Shown here piece after piece: positions 12,824 to 26,184 of a stretch of DNA of 64,000 nucleotides (positions are counted from its first letter, which is position 1; each line of letters opens with the position of its first letter). The DNA comes from Eledone cirrhosa (taxonomy: Eukaryota). The notes under the pieces were generated by a model. That model was not told the origin of the DNA and did no database searches. It worked only from the letters and a program-made list of their open reading frames with translations. Both the position numbers and the translations under genes were made by a program. The DNA is taken from positions 61,380,001 through 61,444,000 of the forward strand of contig OZ024741.1 of NCBI GenBank assembly GCA_964016885.1. Reading direction: 5' to 3'.

Positions 12824-13183
12824 CCCCTTTGATATGAAGCCACCTACAGCCACCCCTGGTTTTATGATATAGAACTGTTTGTTTTAAAGTGTTTATATTT
12901 ATGTAAAAACCTTCCATCACAATTTTATGAAATAACTTTAGTTAACCTTTTTGATACCAAACCTACTGAAACCACTCCTGGTTCTATAATATAAAACTAT
13001 TTGTTTTAAAGAGTATATTTATATATACACCTTCAATCATAATTTTTCATAAGAAACTTCAAGTTCCAAACACCATGAGAAAGTTAGTTATATTACACAA
13101 CCCTTCCAAATTCTTGATTATTTTCAAAATTCTTTGGAAATCGGAGAGAGTATCCTTCATTAGAAATATAGTAATGAAAAGGG
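12824..13183. mobile_element. Partial plus complete piggyBac-like MITE joined at TTAA 12942-12945
   Basis: ttaa-cctttttgatacc ... gtaatgaaaaggg. Confidence 0.7.
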
Positions 13184-13721
13184 TTGTTATTTTATATTGT
13201 ATCTTTGACATTGAATATATATGTGTTCTTTCTAATACCAACCATTTTTCAGAGAGTACTGGAGGCATATTATTGTGGCACCATTACTACCACTTCACAA
13301 AGTATGGTGTGTGCATTTTATCATGGCACCAGCATTAGCACTTTACTGACTGTCCTAGATGCAGTTTTCATAGCACCAGCATTACCACTATACAGAGTGT
13401 AACAAGCACATTTTATTGTGGTATCAGCACTAGAGAGGTTATCATATGCTCTGCCAAACTGAAGAATCTACTCTAACCTAATTTATCCCCATTCTATCAC
13501 CAACCAACTCTACAGAGTTTCTCAAGTACTCTCTCTATACTATACTGTGTCTGTTCGATCACTAACCACTTTACACTGGCAACACCACAAAAGAGTTGCT
13601 CAGATACTCAACATTTAGAGAGGGTCCACTTTAATCTGTCTTTCTGAGAAAATAATAATACTTATGATAAAGATAGTGAAAATATCTGATCAAACCTAAA
13701 ATTTCTCTATGTTAATATTAA

Positions 13722-14095
13722 CTCTTTTGTTACCATATTTCTAATGAAAGATACTGTACTTGAATTAATTACTGAAGAATTTGAAGTGCTTTACTAAAAT
13801 TATTAATTATTTAATATACTCGAATATAAGCTGAGGAATATATGACCAAAAAATCGATGGTAGAAGGGAGTCAGCTTATATTTGGGATCAATATTTTGAT
13901 GACTTTCACCAGGTTCAAATTCGAGCATAAAATAGTGGGATTGACTTATATTTGTATCAGCTTATATTTGAGTATATACAGTATTTTATTATTAAGATGA
14001 CATTTATAGCAATTTAATTAAAGTTTCTTCAATAAAATTATGTTGGAATGTTTTAATTTAAATAAGAACCAGATAAATAGGTGGTATCAAAAGGG
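13722..14095. mobile_element. piggyBac-like MITE with TTAA on both sides, containing a nested TIR element
   Basis: ttaa-ctcttttgttacc ... ggtatcaaaaggg-ttaa. Confidence 0.7.
13814..13984. mobile_element. pogo/Tigger-like MITE nested in the piggyBac-like MITE
   Basis: Inverted repeat atatactcgaatataagctga (13814-13834) vs tcagcttatatttgagtatat (13957-13977), 20/21 match. Confidence 0.65.
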
Positions 14096-16604
14096 TTAAT
14101 GTAAGCCATTTTGGCTAACACACCCTAATTAGGAAAATATAATGAATATAATGATAGTTATGATAATGGTAGAAGGACTATGTCAACTCTGACAACAGTG
14201 AAACTATCTGATGACCCTAAAATATCTCTATGTCTGTATTAATATCAATAATTCCCTGTCTCTTACAGGCTGAGTGGTGGAGCAGGCGAGTGGGAGGGGA
14301 ATGGCAAAGTGGGGTATTATTGATATTGGGACTGACATATCTTTTATCATTTCATTCTTTTGAATGTTTTTGGTTTGTCTATTTTTTTATATCCATTATG
14401 ATCCATTTATATTTCTTGACTCTATATCTATATGCGTGTGTTTCTCATACACATACACATTCATATACATCATCATTTAACAACCATTAATTCATGATGG
14501 TGGTGATGATGATATACACACACATATATATATCTATACATAGAGATGGAGAGAGATACATATATGTTTCTATATATAAATTCTACAGGAATTTCTTTGC
14601 AAATCTACTTAGTGTCCTCCAGCAACCCCACTCTGGTTATTTCTTTCTTATCTAATTGTCCTTATGGCTGTTGTGATGGCTGTGTGGTTTACAATGTTCA
14701 CTTTACAACCACATCTTGGGTTCAATCCCACAGAGCAGAACCTTGAGCAAGTGAGTTAATTCTAGTATAGCCTCAGGCTGTTTAATGCCTTTTGTGTGGA
14801 ATTTGACATCATCATCATCATAATCATCATTTTGATGTCTGCTTTTCCATGCTGGCATGGGTTGGATTGGATCTTTTGGAGTTTTACAACCAGATGCCCT
14901 TCCTGTCACCAACCCTTTTACTCACTTCTTACGACATGCAGGGATACAATGTATTTATTCTAGAGTTAAGTCAGAATGGTGTATGCATTGCAAAGAATGT
15001 TTATCAATGTATCAGTCTCTTTTGACAAGGTTCAAATTTCATGTAGTTTAGTTGAAAAGGTATATGTTCATGCCTTTCCAAAGAATATTAGCAGTGTAAC
15101 TGGAGTAAAATAGGTTTTAATCAAAAGCTGAAACTGTATCATGTTTTTGGCTTCCTATGGTAACTGTTCTATTATCTGGGCAGTATTAACCCTTAAGCTT
15201 TCAGTTATTTCTTGCCCCCACCTCTGGTACTTCAATCTTTCAACTCACTAAAAAACAATATATTGAGGAGACCCTAGCCTTCACATTGCTCAAAGGTTTC
15301 AGCTGAGATAACATTATGAATAATACAGTCCTGTTTATTGTGAATGTTTGCTCACTTTACAATATTTTTTACATTAAGCAAGTAATGTACTTGATCACTT
15401 TATATTTATAGGAATTTATGGAAGAATTCAAATGTGAAAAATGATGTTAAAGCATTAATAGAAAATATTTGAGTGATCCAATTTGTTGCTTAACCATTTA
15501 GCATTTACATTACTCTATATTTACTGTTTTATTTTCGTGGTAAAGGTTTTATCTCACACAATTATCTCACAATATATTAAATCTATGAGATTGCGATATT
15601 ATTCATTTTGAGAAGAATACCTTAACATCAGTATGAGGGGCCAGCTATGGCCATTTTGAACAGAAAGAGGTGAAAGAATTCTGGCCGGATAAAGCCGGTT
15701 TAATTGCTAAACTCTTTTGGTATTACCAACCTGCCAGAAACTGCTCTTGATTCTATGATGCAAAACTGTTTGTTCATGGTTTAATTGTTAGGATGTTTGG
15801 CTTATAAATTTGATTCAATGACCAGGCAACACATTGTGTAAGACCCTTTATTTCATGTGGCTCTAGCTGGCATATTTCAGTTGTATCTGTAATTCAGGGG
15901 GCCATATTGTGTCATGCAAAATCTCCCAGAGAACTACATTAAGGATGCACATGTCTGCGGAATGCTCAGCCACTTACACGTTAATTTCACAATCAGACAG
16001 TTCCATTGATTGAATCCACTGGACCACTTGCTGGAAATGTGGAAGTCTTACAGTGTGTTGAAAAAAACCTTCCATAATTTTATGTAAGAACCTTTGTTAT
16101 GTTATATTCAAAACAACAGCTTAATAATGAGAAAGTTAATTTTCTAAATCCTTCCAAATTCCTGAAAACTTTCCAAATTATTTAAAAACCATAGGCAGCG
16201 TATTTCATTAGAAATATGGTAATGAAAGGGTTAAGCAAGTAATGTGCTTACTCTGTGTTTATGGAAGCATTCAGACATGAAAAATAATTTAAAAGCATTA
16301 ATAGAAAGTATTCAAGGGATTGAATTTGCTAATTAACTAATAACTTCATTTAATGCTGAATAATTTCCATAAATATAAGGCATGAGTTAACACAGAGTAA
16401 GAAGTAGCAGTGGATGTTACCATATATGGATGGAATGCAGAAGTTTTATATTCATAGTTTTTACCATTGCTGGATTTCAGTAGAGTGTAACCATTTTATC
16501 AGCATTATCAGATTTATCTTCCCTATCATCACATAGAAATATTTTCACTCATTCAGTGTTAAATTTAGCAAGGATGTGGCCATTAATAGGCATCAGTAAA
16601 AAGA

Positions 16605-17285
16605 TTGATGGTAGCAATGGTAATGATAGGTGGGGGAGGAGGTGGTTGTGGGGGTAATGGTAGTGGTGATGGTGGTGGTCATAATGTTATATGTAGTATT
16701 GTTGTTGTTGGTGGTGGTGATAAGTGGGGATGTTTTTGATGGTGGTGGTAGTAAATGTAATGGTAGTAATAGGTGTAGTGTTGTTAATGGCGGTGGTCAT
16801 GTTATATATAGTGGTGATGGTGGTAGCAATGGTAGTGAGAGGTGGGGAGGTGGTGGTGGTAGCAATGGTAGTGGGAGGTAGGGAGGAGGTGGTGGTGGTG
16901 GTAGCAATGGTGGTGCTTATAATGTTATACAAAGTGTTATTGTTGTTGTTGGTGGTGGTGATAAGTGTGATGGAGATTGGTGGTGGTGGTGGTGGTGGTG
17001 GTGATAGGTATGGTGTTGGTGTTGTTAATGGCGGTGATCATGTCATATGTCTGTTGTTGTTGTTGATGATAGGTAGGGAGGTTTTCGGTGCCGGTGGTGG
17101 TGATAAGTGGGGTGGTGTTGATGGTGGTGGTGGTGGTGATGTTAGACATAGTAGTAGTGGTAGTAGTAGTAGTGGTGGTGGTGGTGATAATGTTAGATGT
17201 AGTAGTAGTGGCAGTGGTGATGGTAATGTTAGGTGTAATGGTTGTAGTGGTGGTAGTAATGCTGATGGTAGTGGTGGTGGTGAAA
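16605..17285. repeat. (GGT/GTA)n low-complexity region with ~120-bp higher-order duplication
   Basis: Recurring ataatgttat.., ggtggtgataagtg, gttgttaatggcggtg. Confidence 0.85.
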
Positions 17286-18114
17286 GAATGTGAAAGAACA
17301 TCAAACAATTTCATGCTTACTTTAACATCTCTGAAAATTAAAGAGGGGGAGAGAAGGGGAAGACTATCCATGCTGGATTTGTTTAAAATGATAATAATGG
17401 TGGCAGGGATGGGGAATGAATACCTTCTCTATGCCCAATGATATTTTATTTCATTTTTATCTTTATCTCTTACTCTGTCTCCTCCCTTCCTCTCTCACTC
17501 TCTCTTTGTCTCCCCCTCCCCTCTGTCTCTCTGTCACCCCTAATTCTGTCTGCTTCCCTTTTTTCTCCCCCTCTCTCTCCCAACCTCATTCTTTATCAGT
17601 TGCTCTTATCAGGCCCGCTCTCTAACTGTCCCTTTCCCTACCTTTTTTCCTTCCCATTCAGTCATGCTCCACATGTATCAGATACCCACCCACAGAATTT
17701 TGCAGTTATCTGTATTCATAAGAATTTTGTCCATCATCTGAACCTTCAATGGCTTAAAACATCTAGGTGAAAATATGGAGATAGGTTTGATGTCGGGTTC
17801 ACTGCTTCAGTTGTATTCAGTTTGTGTATTTGTTTTGGATGTGTAATTGTATATATATATATATACATACACACAGCCAAAACAACCTCTAACTGGATTA
17901 CCTAAAACGATAACTTGTTATCCCATATATATATATATATATATATATACAAACAAGACTATTGATTACCGTAACCAGCAAATTAAACACTCAGAACCTC
18001 CTCCTTATAATCTGTGAACCAGCCACAGATCTGCACTAGCCACTGGTATGAAGGAGACAGTCGTTATCAAGCATATTACGTAGGTTCTTTATAATAAAAC
18101 TATTATATATAACT

Positions 18115-19280
18115 GGCCTTTGACAGGGTACCCCGATCTGTCATCTGGTGATCCTTAAGGAAACTAGGAATATAAGAATGGCTTGTGAGAACAATGTAAG
18201 CCATGTACAAACACGCTGTCAGTAAATTGACAGTTCGAAATGAGTTTAGTGAGGAATTCTATGTTCATCGGAACTCAGTCATCAACACACTCCTGTTTAT
18301 TCTATAGCACTCCAGGCCATAACAGAGGAGTTTATGACTGGCTATCTGTGGGAAATTCTGTAGACATCCAAATCTCTGGAAGAGCTACAAAAGACATTCT
18401 GGCTTTGGAAACAAAACTTACAATGAAAAGTGCTTAGAATAAACCTGGGAAAAAACCAAGGGGTTAGTAAATAGAAAAGAAGATAGTCTCCTGATCTCAT
18501 CAGGGAAGTGGCTTGTAGTCAAGAAAGAATGTAGAAGAAATTATATATGATATACACAATGTAATTCTTTGATACAAAAGAGCTGATGTGGGATAGCAGG
18601 ACATTAACAGGACAGGTAAACATTGTATGTAGTAGATTAACAAGGATAGGTTACAACCTAGTAGTAGTAAGAGCATCAGTGAAATAAACTTTTACCAATC
18701 CCAGGAAGGATCTATAGAAGTGGCTTCCATAACCTAGCTGATCTAGTTAGTAACAGAGGAGGTTGCACTGAGCATAGTAGCTAGAATAAGAATAGAATGG
18801 ATAAAGTTCAAGAAATTACTACCTTTCTATGAACAAATGGCGAATTGTATGATGGTTTTGTGTGATGTGCAATAGTGCATGGTAGTGAGACATGGGTAGT
18901 GAATGCAAAGGATATGCAGTGGCTGAAGAGAAATGAAGTGAGCATGATGATGGATGTGCAATTTTAATGAGAGTGAATGACAAAGCACAGATACACTAAG
19001 AGAAAAGCTGGGTATAAGCAAAATCAGATGTAGTATGCAAGAGAGAAGAATGCACAAGGATGGACATCTAATGCATATGAATGATGATCATTGGGTAAAG
19101 TGCAAAGAAATAAGATTAGAAGGGAGCTGCAGGAGAGAGCGATTGAGAAAGACCTGAACAGAGGTAAGAGCTGATCATAAAGCTCACAAAGAAGATGACA
19201 GGGGTTTGCAATGAGTGGAACAATGCTGTGCTAGAAGAAAACCTATCCAACCCATGCAAGCATGGAAAAACATGTCTGGT
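18115..19280 (+). mobile_element. RTE-clade LINE 3' half, decayed
   Basis: AFDRVPRSVIW..LRKLG, LQAITEEF, RIRIEWIKFKKLLP motifs; 3' end ccaacccatgcaagcatggaaaa. Confidence 0.75.
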
Positions 19281-20508
19281 TATATGATGCTTGTATCCAA
19301 AATCAAAAGGATATGAAACAAGCAGTAAATGCAAAGGCTGGAGACAAATGAAGCGAGTCAATCAATTAATTAGTTAACTAATTATCCAACTTAATAAAAT
19401 TGAAGTGATATACAAACAGAGCATGTGATTTGATTGGTAATATGGCCCTCTCCAACGACAACAAGCATTCTAACAGCTGTTTCCTTGCTAAAACAGTGGT
19501 TACCCTTGTAGGCCCCCATGACAGGCTTACACATACATATCACAGGGTCCTTTTTGAGGCAGTTTTACAGCCAAATGCCTTTCCGAGCAGCAATATTTTT
19601 AGCCATCTCTCACAATATGCAGGCAAATAGTGTACCTTTTCTGATGGTGCACACAACAATTGCCATATCTCCTGGCTTGAATAATGCTGTCTTTTTTTAT
19701 TAATAAATCTGGAAAATTTACCCTGTTGTTACATGAGTCATTTTATGTTAACCTATTTTTTCTTTCAAATTTGATCAACTCAAAATGGAGGTGTGTCTAC
19801 GACTTTGGAGTGACCCAATGCCAGGATATATTGTAATTAACTTACTATTTGATTGATGTGTATTTGTGTGTGTGTCCTTCATTTATGTTTTTTATTTTAA
19901 GAAAATAATTTTTTAAGGTTTCCTCTTAAAAGAATGTTTTTCATTTTGTTTTGTTTTGTTCATTGTCTTGTCATATATATATCATCATGATCATTGTTTT
20001 TATGTCTGCTTTTCCATGCTTGCATGGGTAGGATTGATATTTTAGAGTGGTATTTTACAACCAGAGACCCTTCCTGACACAAGTATTTGTTCTTAACTTT
20101 TTACATCAATTTCATATTCTTTTCATTTATTTTTACCTCACAGAATCTATTTCCCCTGTAGTTACAAGTTTGTAAAGTTATTTTTTATTCTTTAAATTAG
20201 GATGGTTATCTGAGATAACAATTCACTTTAGTTTAGTAAATTTTAACACATCAAGTAAATCTCTCTTCTCCTTACACTTTTTTGTCTACTGAATTTTGTG
20301 TTTTTCTTTTTACACATTTGTCCTCGAATTGAAGTGTTGTTCAAAGTTAATGTGATAGAAGTGGCTTATTTCAACATTTAACATTTTTTTTTCTTCACAA
20401 CATTATATCTTTGAACTTCTGTTATCTTAAATCCATATAATTCTTTACTCAGTGTAATTAGAATTAGTGATATAAATACATATATATATACACACATATA
20501 TATATATA

Positions 20509-21444
20509 CTAGCATTAAAGCCCGGCGTTGCTCGGGGTCAGTAAGTTACCAAAGTTAGGTTGCACCACCCATTTTATGGCAGCACTTTTTTGTCTGCTAG
20601 GCACTGGGTGAATGAATTGCAGACCTGGACTGCCGAAGCAGGAGCTGCACCAGCAGTGACAATTGTAGTTTCGCCTATGGATATTATCTCTGTGCAAAGA
20701 AGTGTTGAAATTTATTGTTTCACAGTACTTGCGCAACACGCGCGTAGACGATGCCAGCCGAACAACAGAGCTGCGATGGAGTTGTTCTAATGTGAGTTTT
20801 CTAAATTTAAGACAGAAGGGAGGGGTGTGATATGGGGGAGAGTTAGCTGCTGTTTCTAGCAGGTTTAGTGACCTCATAGAGGATATTATTGTGTATAGTA
20901 AATAAACTGATACTTCTTTCTTCCACGTTCGTTGAGAGATGTTTTAAAAAAGATTTATCGCTATTTTTTTTTTGTTGTTGAATAAATTTATCTGTTGCTT
21001 TTGAATAATTGTTGTTTTGTATGAAATGTAATAAGTTCTCTTTGTCATTGAAGTAAATAAATGTGTGACCGTTCCACACGCAAAAACAAACGTTCTCTCC
21101 CTCTCTTCTTTCTTTGGCCTTCTTAAAGGAAGTTTGTAAGTTTAAGCGTATATAAGAGAAAGTTGCAGCATGTATGTAGTTTTATCGAATTTTAAGGGGA
21201 GTAGAGAGTGGAGAGTGGAAATCAGATTGTATTAGAGGGGTAAAGCGTCATGTATTTAGTTTTATCGATTATTTCCGTAATTGTGGGTGAGTTTGAATGA
21301 AATAAATAGTCGTTGACCTAAGTTAGACCATTTACAACATATTTAAAAACTTTGAGTCGAATCGGTTTGGAATTTTGCAAATGTATAAACATGGAACATG
21401 CACACACACAGACACACACACAACAACAATCTGCCTTTTATAGA
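20509..21444 (-). mobile_element. Non-autonomous Helitron
   Basis: 5' TC (21444), subterminal hairpin cccgagcaacgccggg (20521-20536), 3' CTAG (20509-20512), A|T target. Confidence 0.85.
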
Positions 21445-22080
21445 TAATGATAAACATGTAATGCTGATACACCCAGTACATTATTTTAAGCTGGTGCCAT
21501 GCTAAGATGCACCCAATAAACTTTCTAAAGTGATGGTACTAATGCCAGGAAATTGTATACTCAGGAAAGTGTTAGCACTGGTGCTACAATAAAATGCACC
21601 CAGTACACTCTGTAAAATGGCTGGTGTTAAGAAGATTATCCAGCTGTTGAAACCACGCCAAAGGTGATACATGAGCAAAACATGGTCCCTTCGTCCATCT
21701 AGCCTTAGATAGTGGCATAAGAATAGATACAGAGGATAGCACAGATAGACATAATGACAAGCATAAAGAGGTGAATGAGTGTATACATATGTACATAGGT
21801 AGATAAGTATGAAGATACACAGGCAGGTGTGAGGTCACCAGGGTATACAGAAATACACCATATATACAGATAAACATAAATACATGCAGAAACTTGCAAG
21901 ATAATATATAAAGTAATATATAAAAGCACACATACACATTATCACACACATGCATGTGCATACCATGCAGAAACTTGCAAGAATAACAATATATAAAGGC
22001 ACACATACACACACATGTATATATATATATATATACAATGATATTAAATAAATGGAAACTATATTAATAAAACCATATTT

Positions 22081-22142
22081 ATTCTGTTATATATATTTCA
22101 AGGGTACCAAAAAAACTTTGGTATGCTTTCATCAGATAAAAT
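22081..22142 (-). ncRNA. Type I hammerhead ribozyme motif
   Basis: attttat-CTGATGA-aagcataccaaagtttttttggtaccctt-GAAA-tatata-TA-acagaat; intact core, palindromic stem III. Confidence 0.7.
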
Positions 22143-22210
22143 ACAAAGTGTGTTTTATAAATTTTGACATAGCCAAAGAAAAACATACCTTATCAGTTGA
22201 ATATTCCTTG

Positions 22211-22240
<30 letters not shown>

Positions 22241-22243
<3 letters not shown>

Positions 22244-22616
22244 CTTAAAATGGAATGAGAATAAGAAGAACGAGGGGGGGGGTGTTCCTCCATCAGTTGT
22301 CTACTAGGGTCTTGGATATTTCAACGCTTTAAAGACAAGATATCTACCCCCAGAGCGTTCAATAACTGGGTGAGTTATTAGGAAAATGGAGGAGGGAGAG
22401 AAGGAAAATAGAAGGGAAAAGAGAAAACAGCGAAAAAAAACAACAAACTGAGCAATGTGCAAGCAACTTAAGGTAAGAAAATCCAAGACTACAGCAATAA
22501 CAGAACTTAAGTTCTTTAAAGCGTTGAAATATCCGAGACCCCCAGTAGACAACTGATGAGGAAAACTGCCCCCCCCCCTTCTTAATTTCTTCTTATTCTC
22601 ATTCCATTTTAAGCTA
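22241..22616. repeat. Long inverted repeat (~95-bp arms), possibly a Penelope-type terminal structure
   Basis: 22241-22335 is the reverse complement of 22513-22616 with a few indels. Confidence 0.8.
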
Positions 22617-22769
22617 CATTAACTAGCAACTACACAGCCAATCTTATTCTCCATGTATATATATGTACATACACGCACACATACGTGCACACATGCACAC
22701 ACACACACGCACACACAAGTCCATCCTATGCCAGAAAGAAAAAGGGAATATAGGCATTAGGCATATATT

Positions 22770-23165
22770 GTCATCATCGGGTTTACATCCACTTTTCCAT
22801 TTGTTGGACATGTCTTTTCGAGCACAACTTCCATCCACTTGTGTTCCTTCACCATCTCCTCTGTGAGTTTTAGTGGTTTGAGATCAGCTCTCACTCCTTC
22901 TGCTTAGGTCTTCCTTAGTCTTCCTCAACTGCAACATCTCTCAACTGAGAACTCTGGGTAATCCTTCACCCAACAATCACCACATCATCCATAAATATCA
23001 CATGTCTATACCAGTGATCATTCATATGCATTAGATGTCCATCCTTGTGCATTCATCACATATCCAGTTTTTCTATTGGTACATCTATTCTTCACTGTTC
23101 TTGCACCATAATATTACACATCCATCAAGGCAGGCTCAAGTCATTTCCATCCAGCCTTCACATTA
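22770..23165 (-). mobile_element. RTE LINE 3' fragment
   Basis: Resembles 18900-19280 in reverse; tail atggaaaagtggatgtaaacccgatgatga. Confidence 0.55.
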
Positions 23166-25207
23166 TAATTTTTGATATAGCCACTAAGCCAGAAATTTGA
23201 GAGTGGAGTGGGGCCGATCACAGGGAACGGGATGCTTCTCTCACATCATCTGATCCTTGTAAAACCTACACACTATGTAACTTGCCCTTGTAATGTTCTA
23301 TTCATTTGGCACCCTTGTGACAAATAATTGAAATCATTATTCAAACCTTTTTCATACCAAATTGCCTAAAACTGTCTCTGATTATATGATACAAAACTGT
23401 TTGTCTTAAAGTGTTTATATTCATTTAAAATCTGTCCTTCATAATTTTATGTAAGAACCTTTCTCAAGTTATGTTCCAAACATAAGATTAATAATGAGAA
23501 AACTAATTATAAAATTAAATCTTTTGAAATTCTTGATTATTTGCAAAAGTAGTAGCAAAACCTAGACAATGTCTTTTCCTTAGTAATATGGTAACGAAAG
23601 GGTTAATAGTCAACTATTTTCAGAGGAAACCATTACTTTTTTTGTGGGTTGGGAGGTGCTTTTATTGTTTTTTATTTTTTTTTTTATAACCACCAGATAT
23701 TCTGAAGCTGGTAAATTATGTATAGCAGCTAATGCAAATGTCATTGCAAGTGTGAGACAACAGCGGAACTGTTTTTACTTACAGCTATTATGACATAACA
23801 CTATACTATATCAACTGAACAGTTGTAGGAATATAAAAAACATTTTGTCTGTCATAATAATAATCATAATAATAATAATAATAATAGTAATAACAATAAT
23901 CAATAGCAGATATCAAAATTATGTTAGAATCAGAGAGACAGCAATTACTTCTGCATTGTACGCATCAAAGAACTATGTAAATATACAGAGACACTCATAA
24001 ACACTCACACACAGACATACATATCCACACACAGATACTTCTTGCATATAGAGACATACATACAAATGCTTACACAGAAAATACATATACATACATACTC
24101 ACACACATCCTTACATACACATATATCTATATACACACACAAATACATGAGAATAATTATCAAACTGTGAAAATAACATAAATACAAAAATAAAAATTTC
24201 AAATCAAAAAGTATTTTCCTTACAAATTTTTTTTTAATTCTAAAATCAATAACTAAAGAGTTAAACTGTTATTCCAATATTTCTTTAAAAATAATTTAAT
24301 TAAATCTTGTATCTAAAAAAATAAAGGAGTTGATTGTCAGTTTGTACTCAAATAAACTGTTTTCATTGCTGATACTATCTGTTGGTCACAAGGCTTGGTA
24401 GAAAAGGTCAGGTTTGAAAGGAAATAAGCTGACAGATCGGACCCAAGAAAACTAGGCTTCCATTGAGCTTTCATGGACTAACCTCATGAAGACCTACTCA
24501 CAATAGTGAAGATCAGAAAGCTGAGATAGCATAGCCATGTAACATAATCCAGCAACCTTGTAATAACTATCTTACAAAGAACAGTGATCCGAGAGAAAAA
24601 GTGAGAACAGAGCATTAATAAGTGGACAAACAAGTCACTGGAGGACACTTAAGAACTGGTATGCATCCATAACAGAAGGTGAACAAAGGTACACAGCATG
24701 TCACAATGGCACTCCTATGATCCTACCAGGAACTGAAACCCCACAATGCGATTATAAACTGATTTATTCAGACAAGTGACCTCATCTTTGTTGTTATAGT
24801 CATACATTTTTGGTCATTGTACTCACTAGCTGTCTTCAGGTACTTGTCAACTTTGATAATGTTCTTGGAATTCTGAAGTGAATCCTTTAATTAAACCACA
24901 GGTGTAAGTTTTTCTCATTCTATTATCCATGTTTGGGATACCCTTGCATTAGTTATTAGTTACCGATGATGTTTCTTGTTCTGTTTAAACTAGAGTATAT
25001 AATAATCAACACAGTTGACTAAAAAAGCAGTGAGAAAAGTTGAAATGTGTGCATCCCAACACAAATGATCATAATAGGCAATCACTATGAATAATACTTA
25101 AGAAAAGATGCATGGTTCAATCCCTTTCAGGTGATTCCATCTCCAGGGGTACTTTACTTGATTTTTTTTTCAACTATTTATAGCACGCACATTCCAAATT
25201 TTAGAGC

Positions 25208-25274
<67 letters not shown>

Positions 25275-25278
25275 GATA

Positions 25279-25607
25279 GGCACATGGCTTAGTGGTTAGA
25301 GCATTGGCCTTGCAATCGAAAGGTTGTGAGTTCATATCTCAGACCGGGTGATGTGTTGTTTCCTTGAGCAAGACACTTTATTTCACATTGCCCCAGTTTA
25401 CTCAGCTGTAGAAATGAGATGATAGGGACTGGGGTCTATATCATTCCACTGCAAAGTGGTCGTGGAGGTGTCACGGAAAAAAAGGACCCACCACTCACTG
25501 TAAATGAGGTTGGTGTTAGGAAGGGCATCCAGCTGTAGAAATCAAGCCAGAATCAGTTCCTGTCCCACCCTTGCAAGCAGGGAGAAGCGGACATAAAATG
25601 ATGATGA

Positions 25608-25610
<3 letters not shown>
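25279..25610 (+). mobile_element. tRNA-derived SINE, OR-like family with RTE-type (ATG)n tail
   Basis: A box TGGCTTAGTGG, B box GAGTTCATATC; near-identical to copies at 32307, 41681, 45380. Confidence 0.9.
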
Positions 25611-25662
<52 letters not shown>

Positions 25663-25743
25663 CAGAATAACTTATGCCATGTCTCCATTGGATAGACTAC
25701 TAGTAAAGACAACTAATACAAGAGAGCTTCACTCACATCTAAT

Positions 25744-25836
25744 CCCTAACTGCAGTTTCTGGAATCAAGAAATAATATTGACCATCTTAATAAATTATGA
25801 CAAGCAACATTGGAAGAAGATTCTTTCATCTGAAGG
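25744..25836 (-). ncRNA. Decayed type I hammerhead motif (CAGATGA core variant)
   Basis: cctt-CAGATGA-aagaatc...gattcca-GAAA-ctgcag-TT-aggg; palindromic ACTGCAGT stem III. Confidence 0.55.
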
Positions 25837-26152
25837 TTTCTTTGGAAGTATGAAAAAAAATATATGCATGCATGTAGAGAGAGGGGGGGTGAGACAGAGG
25901 GGAGAGAAGGGCATCCAGCCATAGACAGCTGGCCAAACAAAGAGTTGGAAGGATCCTTCAGTTGTGTGTCAAAGACAAGTCAACTCTTCCTGTGCACTCA
26001 ATTGAACCTGAGACCATATGAAAGCAGACTCCCTCACTTCCGGGCTGTCTGGGAAGTTAGTAGCCCTGCTTCAGTAATGACATGGTGTATGTAGACCAGT
26101 CCATCCCTTGCTAGTGGGGAAAGTGGACATTAAACAATGATGATGAGGATAT

Positions 26153-26184
<32 letters not shown>

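Noticed and set aside
16630-17441. Poly-T/V/G/P ORFs
   Set aside because: Trinucleotide low-complexity DNA open in most frames
22305-22378. Pistol- or twister-ribozyme fit to the kissing-loop motif
   Set aside because: Conserved catalytic nucleotides and P3 are not present
24790-24845. CTGAAGA minimal-hammerhead-like remnant (minus), plus weak motifs at 24960-25000, 28741-28818 and 50972-51000
   Set aside because: Two or more core or stem defects each; cannot be separated from chance by eye
25279-25350. tRNA gene-like sequence (also 32310, 41684, 45380)
   Set aside because: SINE heads continuing into a shared body and tail; no full cloverleaf or terminator
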